Assembly: GCA_041485695.1 (NCBI GenBank)
Contig: JBGPJZ010000001.1
Span: 44,697 to 108,696 of the forward strand
Origin: Minisyncoccia bacterium
Lineage (GTDB): Bacteria; Patescibacteriota; Minisyncoccia; Phycocordibacterales; Phycocordibacteraceae
Direction: 5' to 3'
DNA length: 64,000 nucleotides
Made by a program: the position numbers and the translations under genes. Under the pieces are notes generated by a model. That model worked only from the letters and a program-made list of their open reading frames with translations. It made no database searches and was not told the DNA's origin. Below, in pieces: positions 18,957-28,374 of this stretch (positions are counted from its first letter, which is position 1; the number at the start of each line of letters is the position of its first letter).

Positions 18957-19391
18957 ATGGTGGGGCTCATCCAGAAAACGGAGTGTCCCTTGCAAGAGAA
19001 AATCTACACGAGCAGAATGCTCGAATGGTTGGCGGTAGAGATGGAGAAGCGGCCAGGGCAGAGAGCCGCCATCATCAAGGACTTCATCGAAGCGTTCAAG
19101 ATGCCGTTCAGCATCGGCCGCCTTGCGCATCTGCAGCAGACGGCAGGCGGTAAAGAGGCCTTCATCAAGAAATACAAGCCAAAAAATAAGCGGGCTTTGC
19201 CTGAATGGGAGGAGGAAGAAATAATAGTCGAGGCGGTTGAAGAATGGGCGTCCGAAACGAGATTCGAGCGTTATGCGTATGCGGCGATGAAGGTCAACAA
19301 GGCGCGAATCGCGGCCGGCATCAAGCACACGATTGACGCAGAAGAGGTCGAACGCATATTGAAGAGGCCGGTAACGAAGAGCAAGGGATAG
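18957..19391 (+). CDS. Hypothetical protein
   Basis: ORF fills the gap and is followed by a terminator; start uncertain. Confidence 0.55.
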   Translation: MVGLIQKTECPLQEKIYTSRMLEWLAVEMEKRPGQRAAIIKDFIEAFKMPFSIGRLAHLQQTAGGKEAFIKKYKPKNKRALPEWEEEEIIVEAVEEWASETRFERYAYAAMKVNKARIAAGIKHTIDAEEVERILKRPVTKSKG

Positions 19392-19399
19392 TGGTGGGT

Positions 19400-19443
19400 A
19401 GGCGGCGCGAGGGTCAAGAAACCCCGCGCCGCCTTTTTCTTTT
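19400..19443 (+). terminator. Intrinsic terminator
   Basis: AGGCGGCGCG...CGCGCCGCCT followed by a T-run. Confidence 0.75.
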
Positions 19444-19491
19444 ACGGGGGCTATGCTTTACTCTCTGCGGAGAAGAAGAAAGGGGGCCACG

Positions 19492-20241
19492 ATGGCCGAC
19501 AAGGATTATGAATCACGAATGGAGGAGACTCCCGTAGAAATAGAGTTCGGCGGGGTGTTTGCCGGGCTCGGAATCGGACGCAGGCTGATTACGCTCATTG
19601 ACCAGGGTTATTCGCGTCATACGATTGCGCGAACGTTGCGGCTAGAGTTCAAGGCCGATGTCAGTTCGAATGCAGTCGCGGGTGCACGCAGGCGGCTACA
19701 GATGCATCGGGCGCGGATGGAAGGCCAACCAGAAAAAGTTGAAGTCAAGCGCGCGTTGCCCTTTGACTGGGGCCAACCACTACGGAATCAGGACTGCATG
19801 GCATCAGAACGCCTGCGTGAACTGGTTGCGAGGCCAGAAAGCTATTCGGCCAAGCAAATCGCGCTTTTTCTCCGGACGGCGGGTTGCGCCGGCCTCACTG
19901 AACAAGAAGTGATGAGGCAGGTCACGCGCACGGGGCTCAGGCTTAAAGGCCGGGGTAAGCACCAAGACTCCAAGCCTCGAGCAGTGGCACCGGCGTTGCC
20001 AGCCGAAACGAAGCCTGCGCCCGCCAAGGCAGAGCCGCATTCGGAGGATGTCATGGCTAAGGAGGGCGAAAAGAGCTGCCAATGGCCCATCGGCGACCCG
20101 GCCGACAAAGACTTTCATTCTTGCCCCTACAAGGCAAAACCGGGGAAGCCGTATTGCGAGAAGCACTGCCGGAAAGCTTATGAGCCCCAGCCTCGGCAAC
20201 GACGCCAACATCAGCAACTTCGTTCGGCGCGGATTCACTGA
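19492..20241 (+). CDS. GcrA-like transcription regulator with two HTH-like repeats
   Basis: C-terminal CQWPIGDP..DFHSC..PGKPYCEKH..AY; N-terminal GYS..IA..L..SSNAVAG..RRL. Confidence 0.8.
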   Translation: MADKDYESRMEETPVEIEFGGVFAGLGIGRRLITLIDQGYSRHTIARTLRLEFKADVSSNAVAGARRRLQMHRARMEGQPEKVEVKRALPFDWGQPLRNQDCMASERLRELVARPESYSAKQIALFLRTAGCAGLTEQEVMRQVTRTGLRLKGRGKHQDSKPRAVAPALPAETKPAPAKAEPHSEDVMAKEGEKSCQWPIGDPADKDFHSCPYKAKPGKPYCEKHCRKAYEPQPRQRRQHQQLRSARIH

Positions 20242-20271
20242 GAAGGATTCTCACAAACGTTATTGGTTATT

Positions 20272-20358
20272 GCGGCGCCCTCGGCTTCGTCGGGGCGCCG
20301 CTTTTCTTTTTTGTGCCAAAAATGCAAAACGCGCCCCCAGAGGGGGCGCGTTTTGCAT
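20272..20358. terminator. Back-to-back terminators between convergent genes
   Basis: GCGGCGCCC..GGGCGCCGC plus T-run, then a perfect 17-bp stem ATGCAAAACGCGCCCCC-AGA-GGGGGCGCGTTTTGCAT. Confidence 0.8.
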
Positions 20359-20373
20359 GCGAGAGCTTGGGGA

Positions 20374-20745
20374 CTAATATCCGCCGCGGCCGTAGCCGCC
20401 GCCTCCACCACCACCGAAACCACCACCACCGCGACCACCTCCGAAGCCGCCGCCGTTGCTGCGGGGAGGGCGCTCACCTTGCGGGCGAGCGAACGAGACA
20501 GAGAGCGTACGCCCGTCCATCTCCTTGCCGTCCCAACGATCAATCGCCGCTTGAGCCTCCGCCTCAGTGCCCATTTCGACGAAACCGAATCCGCGCGAGC
20601 GGCCGGTCATACGATCGCTGATAATGCTCGCTGAAACGACTGTGCCAGCCTCTTCAAAGGTCTTGCGCAGGTCATCTTCAGTCGAGCGATAGGGGATACC
20701 GCCTACGTAAAGCTTGTTCCCCTGTACACTTGCTGCTTGATCCAT
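20374..20745 (-). CDS. RRM RNA-binding protein with Gly-rich tail
   Basis: RNP2 LYVGGI, RNP1 RGFGFVEM. Confidence 0.95.
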   Translation of the reverse strand: MDQAASVQGNKLYVGGIPYRSTEDDLRKTFEEAGTVVSASIISDRMTGRSRGFGFVEMGTEAEAQAAIDRWDGKEMDGRTLSVSFARPQGERPPRSNGGGFGGGRGGGGFGGGGGGGYGRGGY

Positions 20746-20854
20746 TCTAGTGAACTTAACCGGTTAAGCTCGCCGATACTGCCGCTCTTTGACGCCTGCC
20801 GGCCGACATGGCTGGCTTGCGCGCCGACTAGCTCTGATACTTGCGAGTAGCAGC

Positions 20855-20883
20855 AATATGACAGAAAGTTGAGGACTACGCAA
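20855..20883 (-). promoter_or_regulatory. sigma70 promoter of the RRM gene
   Basis: TTGCGT-17 nt-CATATT with TGn extension on the minus strand. Confidence 0.5.
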
Positions 20884-20915
20884 GAGTCTATCCCCACCTT
20901 TGTTATACTAGCCGT

Positions 20916-21185
20916 ATGTCTATCCAGGGTTTTCTCTTGAAGCAATACGCCAATTGGAAGTTAAAAAAACTCCCGCCCGCGCAGCGCGAACAGATGGTAA
21001 GCATGGTGGGGAAGGATCCAGAGCTTTTTAAAAAAATCGGCGAAGAAATCGAGAAGCGTAAGAAGGGAGGCGAGAACGAGACCCGCGCCTCTATCGAGGT
21101 GATGAAAAAATATCGTGCAGAATTGGCCGGCCTCATGCCCGACCGACCGAATGGCTTCGGCCGTTCGGGCCGGCAACATCGATGA
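20916..21185 (+). CDS. Hypothetical protein
   Basis: TG-n-TATACT 6 nt before ATG; motif DPELFKKIGEEI; overlaps the next start. Confidence 0.75.
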   Translation: MSIQGFLLKQYANWKLKKLPPAQREQMVSMVGKDPELFKKIGEEIEKRKKGGENETRASIEVMKKYRAELAGLMPDRPNGFGRSGRQHR

Positions 21186-21688
21186 ACGCTTTACTTTTCA
21201 GCTTTGCTCTCCTGCAAGCCGTCGGCAGCGTCGTCGGCGCCGGCGGCGCAGTCTTTGCAGAGATCTTCTATCTGCGCGCCATTCAAGACGGCACCATCGA
21301 CGACGCCGAGCGCGCGCATCTGCGCATCGTCGCGAATGCGCTACGGTGGGGCATGCTCATCCTCTTGGTCGGCTCCATCGGCCTCGTGCTGACCGATTTT
21401 ATCTATGACGTGCCCGTACAGCCGGCGCTTACGCATGCGTACTGGATAGAGATGGGTCTCGCGTTCGCAATCATCTTCTTTTCCTGGGCGCTCTCGCGCC
21501 GCCGCGTCGGCTTCATCGTGAGCTCGGCCGCGGTCTTCGCCGGCTGGTGGTTCATGGCGCTCCTCGTCTTCGGCCGCCTGCCCTATATCACCTTCGGTGC
21601 GGCCGCCGCGCTCTATGTCGTCACGACTGCCGTCATCGCCGCACTCCTTTTTTACGTGAGAATATTCATCGTCAAACCTGCCGTATGA
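21182..21688 (+). CDS. Multi-pass membrane protein
   Basis: About five hydrophobic helices; translationally coupled at both ends. Confidence 0.75.
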   Translation: MNALLFSFALLQAVGSVVGAGGAVFAEIFYLRAIQDGTIDDAERAHLRIVANALRWGMLILLVGSIGLVLTDFIYDVPVQPALTHAYWIEMGLAFAIIFFSWALSRRRVGFIVSSAAVFAGWWFMALLVFGRLPYITFGAAAALYVVTTAVIAALLFYVRIFIVKPAV

Positions 21689-22254
21689 AAATCTTCATAT
21701 TGCTCGGGCATACCGACCGCGAGACGCTTTCAGGCGCGATGGCCGATACCTATGAAAAAGCGGCACAAGCCGTGGGGCACGAGGTGCGCCGCATGAACAT
21801 CGGCGAGATGCAGTTCGACCCCGTCCTCCATAGGGGCTACAAAGTCATCCAAGACCTCGAGCCAGACTTGAAGACGTTTCTCGATAACGTGAAGTGGTGC
21901 GAGCATTTCGTCCTCGTCTACCCTATATGGTGGAGCGAGATGCCGGCGAAGCTGAAAGGCCTCTTCGACCGCGCCTGGCTCCCGGGGATCTGCTTCAAAT
22001 TCGCCGACCATGGGCTCACGTGGGAGAAGCGCCTCAAAGGCCGCACGGGGCGCCTCATCACGAGCGCCAACTCCTCGCCCTGGATGATTTATTTCATGTA
22101 TGGGCCCGTCACGAACGTCGTCTCTTCGGCAATCCTCGGCTTCGCCGGCGTCCGTACCCGCACCACCATCTTCGGCCCCTCCGAACGTGCTTCTGCTCGG
22201 AAGCATCAGCGCTGGATGCAGAAGGTTGAGAGACTTGGACGCCGCGGCGCCTAG
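21685..22254 (+). CDS. NAD(P)H-dependent oxidoreductase, flavodoxin-like fold
   Basis: MKIFILLGH, YPIWWSEMPAKLKGLFDR. Confidence 0.9.
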   Translation: MKIFILLGHTDRETLSGAMADTYEKAAQAVGHEVRRMNIGEMQFDPVLHRGYKVIQDLEPDLKTFLDNVKWCEHFVLVYPIWWSEMPAKLKGLFDRAWLPGICFKFADHGLTWEKRLKGRTGRLITSANSSPWMIYFMYGPVTNVVSSAILGFAGVRTRTTIFGPSERASARKHQRWMQKVERLGRRGA

Positions 22255-22270
22255 CCTGTAAGGTGCGAGC

Positions 22271-23368
22271 ATGCTGAAAATCGGGATTGTCGGGTTACCG
22301 AACGTGGGGAAGTCCACGCTTTTTAATGCACTCACGAAGCAAAGCGTCTTGGCGGCCAATTACCCCTTCGCGACGATTGACCCGAATGTGGGCGTCGTCG
22401 GCGTGCCCGACCCGCGTCTCGATAAGCTCGCGAAGCTCTCGCAAAGCGAGCAGGTGATACCCGCAGCAATCGAGTTTGTTGATATCGCGGGCTTGGTGAA
22501 GGGCGCCTCAGAAGGCGCCGGACTCGGCAACCAATTCCTCTCTCACATACGCGAGTGCGACGCGATACTCGAGGTCGTGCGGTTTTTCGATGACCCTGAC
22601 GTCATCCACGTCGATAACACCATCGACCCCGCCAAAGATATCGAAGTTATCAATCTCGAGCTTGTTTTGGCCGATACCGAGCAAGTGCAGGATCGTCGCG
22701 AGCGCATCGAAGGAGACATCAAGTCGGGCGATAAGAAGGTCGTAGCTGAAGAGGCGGCGCTTGCCAAACTCGAGCAGGCATTCGCTGCGGGCAAACTCGC
22801 GCTCCATGCCGGGCTCACGCTTGAAGAAATGGCACTCGTAAAACACCTCGATTTGCTCACGATGAAGCCGATTTTGTATGCTTTGAATCGCAAGAGCGGC
22901 GGGCACAACATCGACGAACAGAAAGACGGCCGAGCTGAACGAGCGTACGAACTCATCATCTCGTTCGGTAGCGAGTACGTACTCGTCGATGCTGCAACCG
23001 AGCAAGAGTTAAACGACGTTTCTGATACCGATCGGCAGAGCTTTCGGCAGGAGCTCGGCGTGCATGATGATGGGCTTGCAGAGCTTATCCGTGGCGCGTA
23101 CACGACGCTCGGACTCATTTCATTCTTTACGACCGGCCCTAAAGAGACGCGTGCGTGGACCATTCTGAAAGGCTCTACTGCCCCGCAGGCAGGAGCTGCG
23201 ATACACACCGACTTCAAGGATAAATTCATCCGCGCCGAAGTCGTCTCCACCCCTGACCTCCTCGCCGCCGACTCGTATGCTGCCGCCCGCGAAGCGGCCA
23301 AGGTCCGCACGGAGGGAAAAGATTACGTCGTCAAGGACGGCGACGTCATGCTTTTTCTGCACTCCTAA
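22271..23368 (+). CDS. ychF: Ribosome-binding ATPase YchF
   Basis: GIVGLPNVGKST, ANYPFATIDPN, DIAGLVKGASEGAGLGN. Confidence 0.98.
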   Translation: MLKIGIVGLPNVGKSTLFNALTKQSVLAANYPFATIDPNVGVVGVPDPRLDKLAKLSQSEQVIPAAIEFVDIAGLVKGASEGAGLGNQFLSHIRECDAILEVVRFFDDPDVIHVDNTIDPAKDIEVINLELVLADTEQVQDRRERIEGDIKSGDKKVVAEEAALAKLEQAFAAGKLALHAGLTLEEMALVKHLDLLTMKPILYALNRKSGGHNIDEQKDGRAERAYELIISFGSEYVLVDAATEQELNDVSDTDRQSFRQELGVHDDGLAELIRGAYTTLGLISFFTTGPKETRAWTILKGSTAPQAGAAIHTDFKDKFIRAEVVSTPDLLAADSYAAAREAAKVRTEGKDYVVKDGDVMLFLHS

Positions 23369-23421
23369 GGAGCCCTTTCGGGGTAGTTAGGATACTTGGT
23401 TTTGTGGTATAATCCACCCCT

Positions 23422-24372
23422 ATGGATAAACCAAAAATAACGCCCAAGGATTTCTTTCTATGGTTCGCCGCGATGGCCTTTCTCTACGCGAGCGTGTTCG
23501 CGTTCATCTCGCTCATTTTCAGCTACCTCGACTACGCGTATCCCGACGCGCTCCAATATTATTCAGGCGACCCCTATTCGGGGGGTATCAGTTACGAGAT
23601 GGCGTCCTTAATCGTCCTCTTTCCGCTCTTCCTTATCCTGATGCGTGTCATCCACCGCTCAATCGAGGTTGACCCGACGAGAAGGGAGGTGTGGGTGCGT
23701 CGCTGGGCTCTCTACCTCGTTCTCTTCGTCGCCGGCGTCACGGTCGCTGCCGACCTCATCACGCTCATCATGTACTTCTTCAACGGCGACGTGACGCTCC
23801 GCTTCGCGCTCAAGGTGCTCGTCATCCTCCTCGTCGCCGGCGCGGGTTTCGTGCACTTTCTCTCCGACTTGCGCGACTACTGGCAGAAGAATCCGGAGAA
23901 ATCGCACATCGTGGGGTACGCGACAGGCGCCCTCGTCATCATCGCCATCGTCGCTGGCTTCTTCATCGTCGGCACTCCGTGGCAGGCGCGGCTTTACCGC
24001 TTTGACGACCAGAAGATAGGCGACCTACAGAACATTCAGTCGCAGATCGTCTCATATTGGCAGGCGAAGCAAGTGCTCCCGGGGAGCCTCTCTGACCTCA
24101 CGAACAACATCTCCGGATTCATGGCGCCTGTTGACCCGCAAACCGGCGCGTCCTACGACTACGCGGTCAAAGGCCAGACGGCCTTCGAGCTCTGCGCTTC
24201 ATTCAATGCCAAGACCCAGCCGGGTTCGCTCTACGGCCGCGCAGCTCCCATGGCTATCAGTTACCCGGTGAAGTCGGGCGGGAACGACGTGTGGCAACAC
24301 GCAAGCGGCCGCGTCTGTTTCGAACGGACGATAGACCCGAAACTCTACCCGCCATACCCGAAGCCGCTCTAG
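23422..24372 (+). CDS. Membrane protein (DUF5671-like)
   Basis: PKDFFL start, five TM helices, R..RFD..DL..I, DP.TG..Y.Y, FELCA.F. Confidence 0.7.
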   Translation: MDKPKITPKDFFLWFAAMAFLYASVFAFISLIFSYLDYAYPDALQYYSGDPYSGGISYEMASLIVLFPLFLILMRVIHRSIEVDPTRREVWVRRWALYLVLFVAGVTVAADLITLIMYFFNGDVTLRFALKVLVILLVAGAGFVHFLSDLRDYWQKNPEKSHIVGYATGALVIIAIVAGFFIVGTPWQARLYRFDDQKIGDLQNIQSQIVSYWQAKQVLPGSLSDLTNNISGFMAPVDPQTGASYDYAVKGQTAFELCASFNAKTQPGSLYGRAAPMAISYPVKSGGNDVWQHASGRVCFERTIDPKLYPPYPKPL

Positions 24373-24384
24373 ACGTGCGCTCTC

Positions 24385-27204
24385 ATGCGGACGTATGACC
24401 ACCAAGAGATAGAGAAGCGCGCCCAAGAGAAATGGGCCTCGCTCGGCTTATATCAAGCAGACCTCGAAGACGATTCGAAAGACCCGTACTACCTCCTCAC
24501 CGAATTCCCCTACCCATCGGGCGACCTCCACATCGGGCACTGGTACGCGTTTGCGGTCACCGATATCTTCGCGCGAGTGAAGCGCATGAAGGGGGAGAAT
24601 GTCTTCTTTCCCATCGGGTTCGATGCGTTCGGCCTCCCGGCCGAGAACGCCGCCATCAAGAACAAGCTCGACCCTAAGGAGTGGACGTACAAGAACATGG
24701 AGCGGATGCGCGAACAGCTTCGCTCGATGGGCGCCTCGTTTGACTGGAGCAAAGAGGTCGTTACCTGCGAGCCTTCGTATTACAAATGGACGCAGTGGCT
24801 CTTCGTGAAGCTCATGGAGCACGGCCTCGCGTATCGCGCCGAGGCCTCAGTGAAGTGGTGCCCCAAAGACCAGACCGTGCTCGCGAACGAGCAGGTCGTC
24901 GACGGCTGCTGCGAACGCTGCGGCACGCCAGTCGAAGAGAAGTGGCTCACGCAATGGTTCCTCAAGATTACCGACTACGCCGAGCGCCTGCTTAAAGACC
25001 TCGAGCCTTTGCCGTGGCGCGAAGAGATCAAGGAGGCCCAGCGCGCGTGGGTAGGCAAGAGCGAGGGCGCGCACATCTCATTTACGATTTCTGGCCGAGA
25101 CGAGAAGGTCAAAGTCTTTACGACGCGGCCTGATACGCTTTTCGGCGCGACCTATTTGGTCCTTGCGCCCGAATACCCGCTCGTTTCACCACTCCTGACA
25201 AGCGTTTCGAATAAGAAAGAAGCCGAGAAGTATATCGATGCGACGAAAAAGAAGACGGAACGAGAGCGTTCCGAGAATAAGGAGAAGACCGGGGTGAAAC
25301 TCGAGGGTGTGAGAGCCATCAATCCGGCCAACCAAGAAGAAATCCCTGTGTACATCGCTGATTACGTCCTCGCCTCATATGGCACAGGCGCGGTGATGGC
25401 GGTGCCCGCTCACGACGAACGCGACTTCGCATTCGCGAAGAAATTTGATTTGCCCATTAGAACGGTCGTAGTCCCCAGACTTGTCGATGACCGGAACCCG
25501 CATATCGAAGGGAAAGAATTGGTGCACCGGAAGATAATCCTCGGCATCGTCAGGAATCCGAAGAACGGTAAATTCCTAGCACTTACATGGAAGAAACAGC
25601 CGTGGACGACGTTCGTCGTAGGGGGTATCGAAGAAGGCGAATCGCCTGAGCAAGCGGCTCGACGCGAAATCGAAGAAGAGACAGGGTATAAGAACCTGAG
25701 ATTCATAAAGGTGCTCGGTGACCCTATTCAGACAGAATTTTATGCGGCGCACAAGGACTTCAATCGTGTGGCGCTCGATTGGCCAGTGCTTTTCGAGCTC
25801 GAGGATGAAGAAAAGAGCGAAGTGAGCGACGAGGAGAAAGACAAGCACGAACCGACGTGGGTTAAGCGCAACGAGCTGACGCGCGAGCGTTTTGAGCATA
25901 TCGAACTCGATATCGTACTCGACCGCATGGACAATGGAGAGAGGGCATATACCGGAGCCGGCGTCCTTATCGCGTCAGGCGGATTCGATGGTAAAGAGAG
26001 CGAAGAGGCGAAATGGGAGATTGTGAAGGCAGTCGGGGGAGAGAGGACGACGAACTACCGCCTGCGCGATTGGCTCGTCTCACGCCAGCGATACTGGGGC
26101 TGCCCGATACCGGTCGTGTATGACCCGGAGGGGGCGCCGCACGCCGTGCCGCCCGAACACCTGCCGTGGCTCCTGCCGACCGATGTCGATTTCGCTCCGC
26201 ACGGGGAGGCGCCGCTCGCATCATCAAAGGAGCTCAAAAAGCGCGTCGAGAAGCTTTTCGGCAAAGGCTGGACGCCCGAATACGACACTCTCGATACGTT
26301 CGTCGACTCCTCATGGTATTTCTTGCGGTATCTCGACCCGAAAGATGAAAACGATTTCAGCGATAAGGGCCTCATGAAAAAGTGGCTCCCCGTCGACCGC
26401 TATTCGGGCGGGAGCGAGCACACGACCATGCACCTCCTCTACGCGCGTTTCTTTCATAAAGCGCTCTCTGACCTTGCACTCGTGCCTACGGCGGAACCGT
26501 TCAACGAACGCTTCAACCGCGGGCTCATCCTCGGGTCAGACGGGCAAAAGATGAGCAAGAGCAAAGGGAATGTCCTCAACCCCGACGAATTCGTGCAAAA
26601 GTACGGCGCCGACGCCGTGCGCCTCTACCTCGCCTTCATCGGGCCCTACAACGAGCCCGGTAGCTACCCCTGGAGTCTCGACGGGGTCGCGGCGATGCGC
26701 AAATTCATCGATCGCGTCGTACGCATGGTCGAGACTGCTACAGGAACTACCAACGTAGATTCAGAGTTCATAGCCGGGAAGGTGAAAATAGATACCGAGC
26801 GTTTTAAATTCAATACTGCAATTGCTGCACTCATGTCTCATCTTAATCTTTGCGAAAAATCTAAACCCGTATCAATAAAAACTGCAAGAGAATTTATTAT
26901 CTTGCTTGCGCCCTTCGCTCCGCATTTGGCTGAGCATCTTTGGGAGCAAATCAACGGGGAGGGGAGTGTTCACCAAGCTTCATGGCCTGTTGTGAACGAA
27001 GAGATACTCGGATTTTTCAACGGGGAAATTGCGGTGCAAGTCAACGGCAAAAAACGCGGCTCGATTACGCTCTCCGCTGATGCGACAGAAGCGGATGCAG
27101 TCGCTCTTGCGCGGAACATTGCTAGCGTACGCACCGCGCTCGGCGGAAAAGAGCCCCAACGAGTCGTCTATCGGCCCGGGAAGATTCTGAACCTCGTCAT
27201 TTGA
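24385..27204 (+). CDS. leuS: Leucine--tRNA ligase with inserted Nudix domain
   Basis: FPYPSGDLHIGH, FTTRPDT, RDWLVSRQRYWG, KMSKS; Nudix box at 25621-25689. Confidence 0.98.
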   Translation: MRTYDHQEIEKRAQEKWASLGLYQADLEDDSKDPYYLLTEFPYPSGDLHIGHWYAFAVTDIFARVKRMKGENVFFPIGFDAFGLPAENAAIKNKLDPKEWTYKNMERMREQLRSMGASFDWSKEVVTCEPSYYKWTQWLFVKLMEHGLAYRAEASVKWCPKDQTVLANEQVVDGCCERCGTPVEEKWLTQWFLKITDYAERLLKDLEPLPWREEIKEAQRAWVGKSEGAHISFTISGRDEKVKVFTTRPDTLFGATYLVLAPEYPLVSPLLTSVSNKKEAEKYIDATKKKTERERSENKEKTGVKLEGVRAINPANQEEIPVYIADYVLASYGTGAVMAVPAHDERDFAFAKKFDLPIRTVVVPRLVDDRNPHIEGKELVHRKIILGIVRNPKNGKFLALTWKKQPWTTFVVGGIEEGESPEQAARREIEEETGYKNLRFIKVLGDPIQTEFYAAHKDFNRVALDWPVLFELEDEEKSEVSDEEKDKHEPTWVKRNELTRERFEHIELDIVLDRMDNGERAYTGAGVLIASGGFDGKESEEAKWEIVKAVGGERTTNYRLRDWLVSRQRYWGCPIPVVYDPEGAPHAVPPEHLPWLLPTDVDFAPHGEAPLASSKELKKRVEKLFGKGWTPEYDTLDTFVDSSWYFLRYLDPKDENDFSDKGLMKKWLPVDRYSGGSEHTTMHLLYARFFHKALSDLALVPTAEPFNERFNRGLILGSDGQKMSKSKGNVLNPDEFVQKYGADAVRLYLAFIGPYNEPGSYPWSLDGVAAMRKFIDRVVRMVETATGTTNVDSEFIAGKVKIDTERFKFNTAIAALMSHLNLCEKSKPVSIKTAREFIILLAPFAPHLAEHLWEQINGEGSVHQASWPVVNEEILGFFNGEIAVQVNGKKRGSITLSADATEADAVALARNIASVRTALGGKEPQRVVYRPGKILNLVI

Positions 27205-27243
27205 CTCGAACCCGGGGGGGTGATATAAATACACCACACGAAT

Positions 27244-28308
27244 ATGGCAAAGAAAGCGAGCCCCCATAAGCACTCGGACGGAGCCGCGCTCTCTTTTGAC
27301 AGCGCGGTACTTGTCAAACGCCTCCTTGCCGAGGTGCCTGAGCGCGCACGCGACGTCCTCGTCCGCCGTTTCGGCCTCGGTGCAACGCCGCTCCGCGAGA
27401 CTTTGGAGGCTATCGGCGACCGCTCCTCGATTACCCGAGAGCGCGTCCGCCAGATCGAGGCGGCAGGCCTTGAGGCAGTGCAAGCGAGCAAAGCCTTCCG
27501 CGATGCCGAGCCCGCCTTCGAGGAGCTCCGCAAAGAGGTCGTCAGGCTCGGCAGTATCGTCCATGAAGACGAGCTCCTTTCGCATTTTGCAAAAGACGAG
27601 AAGAGCCGCAACCGCTTCCGCTTCCTTCTTGTCGTTGGGAGCGCCTTCTACCGCGAACGCGAGACGGATGATTTCTATGCACGCTGGCACGTTGACCACG
27701 AGACCGCGAAGGCGGTTCATGGGGCGCTCTCCCGGCTCTACTCCTCGCTTGATGACAACGACGTCCTCGCTGAAGACGCGCTGATGGACCGCTTCCTTGA
27801 CGAGCTCAAGGACATCAACGAGGCGTACAAGAACGAGGAAATCTTGAAGCGCTGGCTCACCCTCTCGAAGAATATCGGCAAAAATCCGCTTGCGGAGTGG
27901 GGCAGGGTGACTGCGCCCGCCATCCGCACTAAAGGTATCCGTGATTATGCGTATCTCGCCATCAAGCGTCACGGCAAGCCGATGCATTTCTCTGAAGTTG
28001 CTCGCGCCATCGGCACCCTCTTCTCGAAGAAGGCGCATGTTGCGACTACCCATAATGAGCTCATCAAGGATCCGCGCTTTGTCCTCGTTGGCCGCGGCCT
28101 CTACGCGCTCTCCGAATGGGGCTATACGCCGGGCGTCGTGCGCGACGTCATTCGCGAGGTCCTCTCGAAAGAGGGCCCTTTGAAGAAAGACGATGTCATC
28201 AAGCACGTGAAGAAGGCGCGCTTCGTCAAAGACAACACTATTTTGGTAAACTTAAACGACAGCCGCTACTTTAAGCGTCTCAAAGACGGCCGCTACGCAG
28301 CTGCATAA
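27244..28308 (+). CDS. Protein with sigma70 region-4 HTH and C-terminal winged helices (RNAP delta-like)
   Basis: RRFGL..ETLEAIG..ITRERVRQIE; GKPMHFSEV..HNELI..RFVLVGRGLYALSEW. Confidence 0.8.
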   Translation: MAKKASPHKHSDGAALSFDSAVLVKRLLAEVPERARDVLVRRFGLGATPLRETLEAIGDRSSITRERVRQIEAAGLEAVQASKAFRDAEPAFEELRKEVVRLGSIVHEDELLSHFAKDEKSRNRFRFLLVVGSAFYRERETDDFYARWHVDHETAKAVHGALSRLYSSLDDNDVLAEDALMDRFLDELKDINEAYKNEEILKRWLTLSKNIGKNPLAEWGRVTAPAIRTKGIRDYAYLAIKRHGKPMHFSEVARAIGTLFSKKAHVATTHNELIKDPRFVLVGRGLYALSEWGYTPGVVRDVIREVLSKEGPLKKDDVIKHVKKARFVKDNTILVNLNDSRYFKRLKDGRYAAA

Positions 28309-28321
28309 GCGAGTCCAGGTA

Positions 28322-28360
28322 AGAAAAAACGCGCTCCCGCCTTAGGGGCGCGTTTTTTCT
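28322..28360. terminator. Intrinsic terminator
   Basis: AGAAAAAACGCGC...GCGCGTTTTTTCT. Confidence 0.75.
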
Positions 28361-28374
28361 GTTACAATTACCGC

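Noticed and set aside
20374-20460. GGC/GGT-rich tandem sequence
   Set aside because: Ordinary Gly-rich tail of the RRM protein
26980-28206. 408-aa minus-strand ORF and similar long antisense ORFs (2982-4034, 42776-43705, 49284-50345)
   Set aside because: Shadows of well-supported genes in GC-rich DNA, with no recognisable motifs
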